A stretch of 39,123 bases of DNA from IMG/VR virus record IMGVR_UViG_3300045988_025029, positions 1-39,123 of that record; one strand, given 5' to 3'. The translations under genes and the position numbers were made by a program. Shown piece after piece: positions 6,922 to 14,822 of this stretch (the first letter of the stretch is position 1; every line of letters starts with the position of its first letter). Source of the DNA: a virus. The notes under the pieces were generated by a model. It had not been told where the DNA came from. It did not search any database and saw only the letters and a program-made list of their open reading frames with translations.

Positions 6922-8277
6922 GTGGCGGTGGGCGAGGATGAAAAGGCGCGGATGGAGTTTATCCGCAGTGCGATCAACGCGCATCGTGAATCCCACGCAT
7001 ATAAGACGGCGGCGGATGCTGAGGAATATTACAACGGGCTGAATCCGACAATCAACCGCTATGAAAAGATCATCTACGATATGCAGGGCCGTGCCCATAC
7101 GGATATGTGGACGGCAAACCACAAGCTGGCCAGCCGTTTTTTTGGCCTGGCGGTGGATCAGGAGGTTTCCTATCTGCTGGGAAACGGCGTGACCTTTGCG
7201 GAGAAGGAAACACCGAACAAGCTATGCCCGGACTTCGACCAGGAAGTCATGGATGCGGCACGTGAGGCGAAAATCGCGGGCGTGTCCTTCGGTTTCTGGG
7301 ACCTGACGCATTTGCGGGTGTTCTCCCTGCTTGAGTTCGTCCCCCTCTATGATGAAGAGGACGGCGCGATGAAAGCTGGCATCCGGTTCTGGCAGGTGGC
7401 ACAGGATAAGCCTCTGAGAGCGACGCTGTATGAGATCGATGGTTTTACTGAGTATTTCCAGCCCAGCGGCGAGGATATGGACGTCATGCAGCCGAAGCGC
7501 AGCTATAAGCTGATCGAGCGCAAAGCGGAAGTCGGCGGAACCGAAATCTGTGACGGCGGCAATTATCCGAGTTTCCCCATCGTCCCGCTGAAAAACAACA
7601 AGCGGTGTCTCTCCGAGATCGTCGGAAAGCGCAACACCATTGACGCGCTGGATTTGGCGTCCTCTAACATGGTCAACAACGTGGATGAGGGCAACCTGAT
7701 CTATTGGGTGCTGTCCAACTGCAACGGCATGGATGATCTCGACGATGCGAAATTTGTGGAGCGCTTGAAAACCACCCATGTTGCCCACGCAAACGGCGAT
7801 GATGGGGCGAAGGTGGAGAGCAAGACCATCGAGGCTCCATATGAGGGCACCAGCAGCACCATTGATATGCTCAAGAAAAAGCTATACGAGGATTTCCAGT
7901 GCTTTGATGCTGCGGCGGTATCCGCAGGAAACCAGACGGCGACCGCAATTAAGGCTAGCTATGTGCCGCTGGATTTGAAAACGGATAAGTTTGAATCCGA
8001 GGTCACGCGGTTTATCGTGGAAATCCTGCGTCTGGCAGGAATTGAGGACCAGCCAAGTTATACGCGCAATCAGATCATCAACAAGAGCGAGGAAACGCAG
8101 AACATTCTTCTGGGTGCGGCGTATTACGATGACGAATACATCACGAAGAAGCTGCTGACCATCAACGGCGACATTGACCAGTACGAGGACATGGCAAAGC
8201 GGAAGGCTGCAGAAGAGATTGACCGGAGCTTTGCGGGACCGGATGCGCCGGAGGTGAACGGCGATGGCGAACAGTGA
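6922..8277 (+). CDS. Portal protein (SPP1 gp6-like)
   Basis: 451 aa, directly after TerL. The N-terminal pattern (YYNGLNPTI, NHKLASRFF) is typical of SPP1-type portals. The GTG start is uncertain because the frame is open from 6895. Confidence 0.85.
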   Translation: MAVGEDEKARMEFIRSAINAHRESHAYKTAADAEEYYNGLNPTINRYEKIIYDMQGRAHTDMWTANHKLASRFFGLAVDQEVSYLLGNGVTFAEKETPNKLCPDFDQEVMDAAREAKIAGVSFGFWDLTHLRVFSLLEFVPLYDEEDGAMKAGIRFWQVAQDKPLRATLYEIDGFTEYFQPSGEDMDVMQPKRSYKLIERKAEVGGTEICDGGNYPSFPIVPLKNNKRCLSEIVGKRNTIDALDLASSNMVNNVDEGNLIYWVLSNCNGMDDLDDAKFVERLKTTHVAHANGDDGAKVESKTIEAPYEGTSSTIDMLKKKLYEDFQCFDAAAVSAGNQTATAIKASYVPLDLKTDKFESEVTRFIVEILRLAGIEDQPSYTRNQIINKSEETQNILLGAAYYDDEYITKKLLTINGDIDQYEDMAKRKAAEEIDRSFAGPDAPEVNGDGEQ

Positions 8278-9745
8278 CCTCGGACACAAGCTGACCGATA
8301 AGGAGCTTGCGAAGCTGGAACGTCGTATTGCAACGCTATACCGCGAGGCGGGGGAAGAACTGCAAGCTACCATCGACGCATATTTTGAGCAATTCAAAAA
8401 GCGCGACGAGGAAATGAAGGCTCTGATCGGCACCGTGCAGAACGGCAAGGAATGGACGGAGGCTGACTATAAGCAATGGCGGCTGAACCAGATCGGGCGC
8501 GGAGAACGCTATCAAGCTATGCGGGACAAGGTGGCGCACCGCATGACCGATGCAAACGCTGTGGCGGTGTCCTACACCAACGATGCTACGCCCGGTATCT
8601 ACTCCCTCAACCGCAACTATTCGGCGTACACCATCGAGCAGGTCGTGGGCAACGTCGGCTTTGACCTGTGGGACGAGCAGACGGTTAAACGCCTGATCGC
8701 GGAGCAACCGGAGTTGATGCCGTACTATCCAAAGGGCAGAGCGCTGAAACGCAGGATTGATCTCGCATACGGCAAGAAGCAAATTACGGCCAGTGTCACC
8801 AGCTCCATCTTGCAGGGAAAGAGCATCAAGCACATGGCGGACGACCTGCAAAAGCGCATCACCACCATGAGCCGCGATAGCGCCATCCGCACGGCCCGTA
8901 CAGCCGTGACCGGCGCGCAGAACGCCGGACGCATGGACAGCTACGCGGCGGCGGGAAAGATGGGGGTAAAGCTTAAAAAATGTTGGTTGGCTACGCTGGA
9001 TGCGCGTACACGCCACTCTCATGCCATGCTGGACGGCGAACAAGTGGCGCAGGACAAGAAGTTTTCTAATGGTTGCCGCTTTCCCGGCGACCCGCAAGGG
9101 CCACCGTGGGAGATATATAACTGCCGCTGTACGCTGGTTGCGGCAGTGGATGGGGTAGATACATCAGACGGGCTGCGTAGGACACGCGACGGGCTTATAT
9201 CTGACATGACATATGCGCAGTGGGAAGCATCGAAGCAGGGATACAGCGGCAGACAGTTATCCCCATATCACATGGGGAGCGAAAAATCTGCAAAGGATGT
9301 TACGAAGAAATACATAGATTCCGCCAAGCCCCGCATAGGCAAGGTGCGATACGAAAACGGATACCACATAAAAGGGCACAAGACCGAAATCGAAGTTGCA
9401 AACCAACTCAGAGATCAATTCGGCGGGAAGTTCGTGCTGTTGAAAGAAGCGAATGCGCAGGGGATAAAAACGCCGGACTACCTATGGCGCGGTAAACAGT
9501 GGGAATTGAAAAGTATATCAACAGCGAAAGCGGCAGATATGGCGATTCGAAAAGCCGCAAAGCAGATTGCAAAAACTCCTGGAGGGGTTGTGTTACGGTG
9601 CACAGGATCCATCAATACCGATGAGCTTATACGCATTGTAGATGATAGAGCAGTTCGCAGCGTGGTTAGCACTGGGTTCGGTTTTGATGTGATTGCATTG
9701 GAAGAAAACGGTTCTCTCCTATTCGCACGAAGGTATAAAAAATGA
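8264..9745 (+). CDS. Minor head protein (Mu F / SPP1 gp7-like) with a C-terminal PD-(D/E)xK nuclease/toxin-like extension
   Basis: MuF signature PGDPQGPPWEIYNCRCTLV. The C-terminal ~160 aa carry E..., TPDYL and WELK (PD...ExK) and are visibly more AT-rich than the rest of the gene. Confidence 0.85.
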   Translation: MANSDLGHKLTDKELAKLERRIATLYREAGEELQATIDAYFEQFKKRDEEMKALIGTVQNGKEWTEADYKQWRLNQIGRGERYQAMRDKVAHRMTDANAVAVSYTNDATPGIYSLNRNYSAYTIEQVVGNVGFDLWDEQTVKRLIAEQPELMPYYPKGRALKRRIDLAYGKKQITASVTSSILQGKSIKHMADDLQKRITTMSRDSAIRTARTAVTGAQNAGRMDSYAAAGKMGVKLKKCWLATLDARTRHSHAMLDGEQVAQDKKFSNGCRFPGDPQGPPWEIYNCRCTLVAAVDGVDTSDGLRRTRDGLISDMTYAQWEASKQGYSGRQLSPYHMGSEKSAKDVTKKYIDSAKPRIGKVRYENGYHIKGHKTEIEVANQLRDQFGGKFVLLKEANAQGIKTPDYLWRGKQWELKSISTAKAADMAIRKAAKQIAKTPGGVVLRCTGSINTDELIRIVDDRAVRSVVSTGFGFDVIALEENGSLLFARRYKK

Positions 9746-9855
9746 GCCGCCCCCCCTCCAGTAACGGGAAGAGGTTCGGCTCGGAAAACGGAAACATGAG
9801 TTTCCTCACTGTCAGTATATGCAATTCCCGAAAAAAAGTCAAGAGGGATTTTGTG

Positions 9856-10254
9856 ATGAATGTTGAAATCACCGACAACAGCAAAGAGTTTTCTGGTGCC
9901 ATCCATGCGGCACTTCTGCGAGGGCTGGAAAAGATTGGTCTGGTGGCAGAGGGATATGCGAAAAAGCTGTGCCCCGTTGACACTGGCAATCTGCGGAACA
10001 GCATTACCCATGTGGTAGACGAGCAGGAACCGGCGGCAATCATCGGCACGAACAATGAGTATGCCGCTTACGTCGAGATTGGCACGGGCATTTACGCCGA
10101 AGGCGGCGGCGGACGGCCTACACCGTGGGTGTATCAGGACGCAAAGGGAAATTGGCATTACACGCGCGGAAACAAGGCACAGCCGTTTTTGAAACCTGCT
10201 GCCGCCGACCATGCCATCCAATACCGGAAGATATTGGAGGACGAACTGAAATAG
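9856..10254 (+). CDS. HK97 gp10-like head-tail component
   Basis: VDTGNLRNSI...AAYVEIGTG...AQPFLKPA motifs with an AGAGGG RBS. ATG at 9796 is an alternative start. Confidence 0.7.
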   Translation: MNVEITDNSKEFSGAIHAALLRGLEKIGLVAEGYAKKLCPVDTGNLRNSITHVVDEQEPAAIIGTNNEYAAYVEIGTGIYAEGGGGRPTPWVYQDAKGNWHYTRGNKAQPFLKPAAADHAIQYRKILEDELK

Positions 10255-10255
10255 G

Positions 10256-10296
10256 AGCTAACTGCTTACAAATTGTATGCAGTTGGCTCTTTTTGT
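10256..10296 (+). terminator. Rho-independent terminator inside the head module
   Basis: 10-bp stem AGCTAACTGC/GCAGTTGGCT (one G-U) followed by CTTTTTGTT. Confidence 0.65.
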
Positions 10297-10374
10297 TAAT
10301 TACCGCAAGGGACAGCGGTTTTTATAAAACTATCGTTTCCGAAGGAACGGAACCGAAGAAAAGGAGATAGTGTC

Positions 10375-10986
10375 ATGGCACTTACACGAAAACTTTTGAA
10401 GGGTATGGGGCTTACCGATGAGCAGGTTGATACCATCATCGAGGCGCATACCGACACCGTGGACGGCTTGAAAGCTGATGTCAGCAAGTATAAGGCGGAC
10501 GCGGAGAAGCTGCCCGGCGTCCAGAAGCAGTTGGACGACCTCAAGGCGGCAGGTGACAACGGCTATCAGGAGAAGTACGAGAAAGAGCACAAGGCTTTTG
10601 AGGACTTCAAGGCCAATGTCACGGCAAAGGAGAGCAAGGCGGCAAAGGAAAAGGCCGTCCGGGCTTACTTTGAGAGCAAAAACATCACCGGCGCGAATCT
10701 CGACCTTGCTATGCGCGGCTGCGGCGAGGAAATGGCCGCATTGGAGCTGGACGGCGAGAAGATAAAGGACACCAAGGTCCTTGATGCACTCGTAGACGGC
10801 ACCTACAAGGGGCTGGTCTCCACCACACAGACGCACGGGGCGAATCCCGCCAACCCCCCGGCAAACACCGGCGGCGCAAAATCCCGAGAGGACATCTACA
10901 AGAAGGACGATAAAGGCCGCTATGTGATGTCTACGGCGGAGCGCCAGAAAGCGCTTGCCGATCTGATGGCAAGAGAAAACAACTGA
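10375..10986 (+). CDS. Scaffolding protein (GP20-like)
   Basis: Charged coiled-coil protein (MALTRKLLKGMGLTDEQVDTIIEAH...) directly upstream of the major capsid gene. AAAGGAG RBS. Confidence 0.8.
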   Translation: MALTRKLLKGMGLTDEQVDTIIEAHTDTVDGLKADVSKYKADAEKLPGVQKQLDDLKAAGDNGYQEKYEKEHKAFEDFKANVTAKESKAAKEKAVRAYFESKNITGANLDLAMRGCGEEMAALELDGEKIKDTKVLDALVDGTYKGLVSTTQTHGANPANPPANTGGAKSREDIYKKDDKGRYVMSTAERQKALADLMARENN

Positions 10987-11006
10987 TTTTTTGAAAGGAG
11001 CTATTT

Positions 11007-11909
11007 ATGGCTGCGAAAACTAATGTAACAACTTCCGCGCAGTTTACTACTTCCGCACGCGAGGTGGATTTCGTGTCCCGCTTCGCCGATAACTGGGACG
11101 CACTGCGTAACATCATGGGCATTATGCGTCCCATTCGCAAGGCCCCCGGCACGAAACTGGTTTCCTACAAGGCCAGCGTGGACGGCGGTCTCAAGGGCGG
11201 CACTGTGGCTGAGGGTGACGAGATCCCCTTTACCAAAATGAAGGTGGATCCTGTTGCCTACGGCGACATCGACATCTCCAAGTATGCAAAGAGTGTGACC
11301 ATCGAGAGTGTGGCAAAGTACGGAGCTGACGTTGCCGTGGAGAAGACCGACGAGGCTTTCCTCGTGGCCCTGCAGAACAAGGTCCTGACCGACTTCTACA
11401 CCTTCCTCGGCACTGGCACTTTGAAGGTGACCGAGAAAACGTGGCAGCGCGCTCTTGCGATGGCAAAGGGCAAGGTGCTGGACAAGTTTGCCGGTCTCGA
11501 CAAGGATGTGACAGAGGTGGTGGGCTTTGCCAACATCATCGACGCTTACGATTACCTGGGCGACAAGGAGATCACCGTGCAGACGATGTTCGGTATCAAC
11601 TACGTGGAGAACTTCATGGGCTACCGCACCCTGTTCCTGCTGCCCGAGAAGTACATCGCCTCCAAGAAGGTAATCGCTCTGCCCGTGGAGAACATCGATC
11701 TTTACTATGTGGACCCGAGCGACAGCGACTTTGCCAAGCTGGGTCTGAACTACACCGTGAAGGGCGAGACCAACCTGATCGGCGTTCACGTTGACGGCGA
11801 TTACAGCCGCGCCACCGGCGATATGTACGCCATCATGGGCATGAAGCTGTGGGCTGAGTATCTGGACGGCATTGCCGTGGCTACCGTTGCTGCGGCTGCT
11901 GCGGGTTAA
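11007..11909 (+). CDS. Major capsid protein (HK97 fold, SPP1 gp13-like)
   Basis: 300 aa after the scaffold gene with an AAAGGAG RBS. The composition is typical of a capsid protein. Confidence 0.85.
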   Translation: MAAKTNVTTSAQFTTSAREVDFVSRFADNWDALRNIMGIMRPIRKAPGTKLVSYKASVDGGLKGGTVAEGDEIPFTKMKVDPVAYGDIDISKYAKSVTIESVAKYGADVAVEKTDEAFLVALQNKVLTDFYTFLGTGTLKVTEKTWQRALAMAKGKVLDKFAGLDKDVTEVVGFANIIDAYDYLGDKEITVQTMFGINYVENFMGYRTLFLLPEKYIASKKVIALPVENIDLYYVDPSDSDFAKLGLNYTVKGETNLIGVHVDGDYSRATGDMYAIMGMKLWAEYLDGIAVATVAAAAAG

Positions 11910-11925
11910 ATAAGGGGGCGGCGTG

Positions 11926-12360
11926 ATGCTTGAACAGGTCTTACGGCACTTGAACAACTGGTTCCTTGTGGAGATCCACGAGGGCACGTTCACCGTGGAG
12001 AACGGCAGCATTACGCTGCCCTTTCTCCTGACCAATCAATATTTCCGCATCTGCGGCTCTGTGTTTAATGACGGTCTGCATCAATATCCGGCGGCTGACC
12101 TGACGGATGAAACCTTTACCGGGACGGTGTGGGCGCTGGCGGTGCCAAAAGCTGTGGTTGTGCTTGCCGAAGATATCGCCGCGTGGGAAGAAAAGAACGG
12201 TGAAGCCGTTTTAAGCCCGTACACGAGCGAAAGCTTCGGCGGGTACAGTTACACCAAGGCGAGCGTCGGGAATGCCGACACGAGCGCTGGGACGGGCTGG
12301 CAGGGCGCTTTTAAAGGCCGGTTAAATGACTGGCGCAAGCTCAAGGGGGTGGAACCGTGA
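11926..12360 (+). CDS. Head-tail connector/head completion protein (gp15-like, tentative)
   Basis: Called from its position after the capsid gene. AAGGGGG RBS. Confidence 0.6.
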   Translation: MLEQVLRHLNNWFLVEIHEGTFTVENGSITLPFLLTNQYFRICGSVFNDGLHQYPAADLTDETFTGTVWALAVPKAVVVLAEDIAAWEEKNGEAVLSPYTSESFGGYSYTKASVGNADTSAGTGWQGAFKGRLNDWRKLKGVEP

Positions 12361-12716
12361 GTTTACTGGACGATTTTGCCCACAAGTGCATTCTGATGGA
12401 GAAAAAGCGCACGCCTGACGGCGCGGGCGGCTACATCACCGCGTGGGAAGAGGGCGCGGAGTTCCTCAATTACCAATCTCTTGACACATCGATGGAGGCG
12501 CGAAAAGCGGAAAAGGAGGGTGTGACCTCGGTATATTCCGCGCTGGTCAATCAGAGCGTTCCCATCGAGTACAACGATTATTTCCGCGATACGGAAACGG
12601 GGATTACCTATCGTGTGACCTCGAATCCCGAGGAAAAGGCCGCACCGAGGTCTGCGGGCGCAATCATTAAGGCGCTGAAATTCTTCACCGCGGAGCGAAA
12701 GGAGCTGCCGAAATGA
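12357..12716 (+). CDS. Head closure/head-tail joining protein (gp16-like, tentative)
   Basis: GTGA overlap start. Size and position fit the connector block. Confidence 0.6.
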   Translation: MSLLDDFAHKCILMEKKRTPDGAGGYITAWEEGAEFLNYQSLDTSMEARKAEKEGVTSVYSALVNQSVPIEYNDYFRDTETGITYRVTSNPEEKAAPRSAGAIIKALKFFTAERKELPK

Positions 12717-13081
12717 CAAAGGACAAGGCGCTCCATGCGTGGTTTTCTCAATTCCTCCCGGCATACCCAACCTCCAACGTGCCAGATGACGCGGTTTTCC
12801 CGTGGCTGACCTATGAGCTTATCACAGGATCATGGGAGAGCGGCGAAATTGCGCTGACAGTAAACCTTTGGTATTACACCGAGAGCGAAGCGACGCCCAA
12901 CGCAAAAGCACAGGAAATCAGCGACGCAATCGGCATGGGCGGCTGTATGGTCGCCTATGACGGCGGTGCAATGTGGATCAAGCGTGGCTCTCCGTGGTGC
13001 CAGAACATCGCGGACGAAAGCGATAAAAACATCAAGCGAAGGTATCTCAACATCACGGTGGAATACCTATCGCAGAACTGA
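12713..13081 (+). CDS. Tail completion/terminator protein (gp17-like, tentative)
   Basis: ATGA overlap and an AAAGGAG RBS. Lies immediately before the major tail gene. Confidence 0.6.
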   Translation: MTKDKALHAWFSQFLPAYPTSNVPDDAVFPWLTYELITGSWESGEIALTVNLWYYTESEATPNAKAQEISDAIGMGGCMVAYDGGAMWIKRGSPWCQNIADESDKNIKRRYLNITVEYLSQN

Positions 13082-13096
13082 TGAAAGGAAGAAAAT

Positions 13097-13684
13097 ATGA
13101 AATTCACTAAAATTCCCTCCGATGCATTTCAGAAGCTCCAGGTCAACGCCGGTATTTTGACCACTGACTTTACTCCCGCCACCGGCACCATCGGCGAAGC
13201 CGGTCAGATCGGCGCAACCACCGGCGGGGTCAATTTTACCGCCACTCCGACCTATACGGACTTCGGTGACGACATCGACAACTGTCCGAAAAACATGAAG
13301 GAGCTGAAGCGGCTTGAATCGTGGGAAGTGAAAATGTCCGGCACGTTTGTCAATGCGTCCACTGCGATCGCAAAGAGCCTTTGCGGCGCTGCTGACATTG
13401 ACACGACCGACACCACAAAGATCACGCCCCGAAACGACCTCAAGGATGCGGACTTTGACGACATCTGGCTTGTCGGCGACTACTCCGACAAAAACGGCGA
13501 CACCAACGGCGGCTTTATTGCGATCCATATGCTGAACGCCCTCTCCACCGGCGGATTCCAGCTGAAGACCGCCGACAAGGCAAAGGGGCAGTTTGCTTTT
13601 GAGTACACCGCCCACTACTCCATGAGCGCACAGGACACTGTGCCGTTTGAAATCTACATCAAGGCCGGCACGGCGGAGGCGTAA
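13097..13684 (+). CDS. Major tail protein
   Basis: 195 aa with an AAAGGAAG RBS. Followed by the chaperone pair and the tape measure gene. Confidence 0.8.
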   Translation: MKFTKIPSDAFQKLQVNAGILTTDFTPATGTIGEAGQIGATTGGVNFTATPTYTDFGDDIDNCPKNMKELKRLESWEVKMSGTFVNASTAIAKSLCGAADIDTTDTTKITPRNDLKDADFDDIWLVGDYSDKNGDTNGGFIAIHMLNALSTGGFQLKTADKAKGQFAFEYTAHYSMSAQDTVPFEIYIKAGTAEA

Positions 13685-13688
13685 CAGC

Positions 13689-14093
13689 ATGAAAATGTCT
13701 GACATTCGCGGCGAGCGTGTATTTGATGTGATTGCTGACATTATCGCGCCGATTTCAAATATTGCCGAAGATCAAGAGGCGGCTGCGCTTTTTAAGCGCG
13801 AAAAGCTGCCCGAAGGTATGACCGCCAGCAAATTCATGCTGCAGAAGGCAAAAAAATCTGCGCCGGTTTTGCTGCGAAATCACAAGAAAGACCTTATCGC
13901 CATTCTGGCCAGCATTGAGGGCGTATCTGCTGCCGCCTATACTGGCAAGCTTACAATGGCCAAGCTGCTCGCCGACGTGGTTGGCCTGCTTGCGGACGAC
14001 GCATTTACCGACCTTTTTACTTCTGCACAGAGCCAGACGGGAGAGACACACTCCGGCTCTGTGCAGGAGAATACCGAGGAGCGCTGCGAGTAA
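13689..14093 (+). CDS. Tail assembly chaperone (G-like)
   Basis: Lies between the major tail and tape measure genes. An overlapping -1 frame continues past its stop. Confidence 0.75.
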   Translation: MKMSDIRGERVFDVIADIIAPISNIAEDQEAAALFKREKLPEGMTASKFMLQKAKKSAPVLLRNHKKDLIAILASIEGVSAAAYTGKLTMAKLLADVVGLLADDAFTDLFTSAQSQTGETHSGSVQENTEERCE

Positions 14094-14101
14094 AGCCGTT
14101 T

Positions 14102-14329
14102 TTGCAATACTGCCTTGCCCGATTTAAGCGGGACATGGCGGAAAAGGCGTACAGGGTCTATACAAGCGACCTCCTTAAAACGGTCTCCGAGCGTGCGGCG
14201 GGCGTGTCTGTGCAAAAGCGGTATATAGACATAATCAGTCCCGCAAAACAAGATGATAGGACTTGCGAGGAGATCACAAACGACATTGTAAGCCGGTGCG
14301 GGCTGGAGGTAAAAAAAGCCGCCCCATAA
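14102..14329 (+). CDS. Tail assembly chaperone frameshift extension (T-like), probably made as a G-T fusion by -1 frameshifting
   Basis: The -1 frame is open from 13919 to 14329. No SD precedes the TTG at 14102 or the ATG at 14135. A T5 run (CCTTTTTAC, 14012..14020) is the only slippery-like site. Confidence 0.55.
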   Translation: MQYCLARFKRDMAEKAYRVYTSDLLKTVSERAAGVSVQKRYIDIISPAKQDDRTCEEITNDIVSRCGLEVKKAAP

Positions 14330-14338
14330 CGGGGCGGT
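14311..14338 (-). terminator. Rho-independent terminator of the PH-domain moron
   Basis: On the minus strand: ACCGCCCC-GTTAT-GGGGCGGC followed by TTTTTTT. It overlaps the last codons of the + strand T ORF. Confidence 0.75.
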
Positions 14339-14347
14339 GATTAAGGG

Positions 14348-14731
14348 CTACTTGAGAACGTATTCGGAGATCATTCTTCCGATTTTACCGATGTCAGTGT
14401 CGCCCTTAAACTCGAACTTTGCGACATAGCCGTTGGAGAAAGTCAGTACAAGCTCGCTGTCGGGGATAATTTCGGCAAAGCCAAGTGTCTGCACGGAGAA
14501 AAACTGAACCTTGGAATAGGGCAGAGAGCTGAAAGACTTACGCTTTCCGGTGATGCCCTGCACGTCAACCGATATGATCCGCTTGTTTGTAAAAATCAAC
14601 TGATCGCGAACGGTCTTAAATGCAGCGGAAATTTGCTCACCGTCGATCAGCAGGCCATTCACCTCACCTCGCACATCGGAAACGGATATGGGCTTCAAAT
14701 CCCACGCGGAATCTTTGTTGAAACTTATCAT
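14348..14731 (-). CDS. Bacterial PH-domain protein (YokE-like), moron
   Basis: AAGGAGGG RBS 7 nt upstream of the ATG. LLIDGEQISAAFKTVRDQLIFTNKRIISVDVQGITGKRKSFSSLPYSKV matches the bacterial PH layout. Lower GC than its surroundings. Confidence 0.75.
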   Translation of the reverse strand: MISFNKDSAWDLKPISVSDVRGEVNGLLIDGEQISAAFKTVRDQLIFTNKRIISVDVQGITGKRKSFSSLPYSKVQFFSVQTLGFAEIIPDSELVLTFSNGYVAKFEFKGDTDIGKIGRMISEYVLK

Positions 14732-14752
14732 AAATAATCCCTCCTTGTTGCC

Positions 14753-14781
14753 ACTATACCATACTATCAATGGTTTGTCAC
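14753..14781 (-). promoter_or_regulatory. Promoter of the PH-domain moron
   Basis: On the minus strand: GTGACA, 17-nt spacer, TGG-TATAGT (extended -10). Confidence 0.6.
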
Positions 14782-14822
14782 GAACATTTTTTTAGAATTT
14801 ACAAAGAAAGAGAGGTGAGGGC

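Noticed and set aside
13915-14127. +1 frame ORF overlapping the end of the tail chaperone, as the frameshift partner.
   Set aside because: It ends only 34 nt past the G stop, too short for a T-like extension. The -1 frame is open for 410 nt and is the better candidate.
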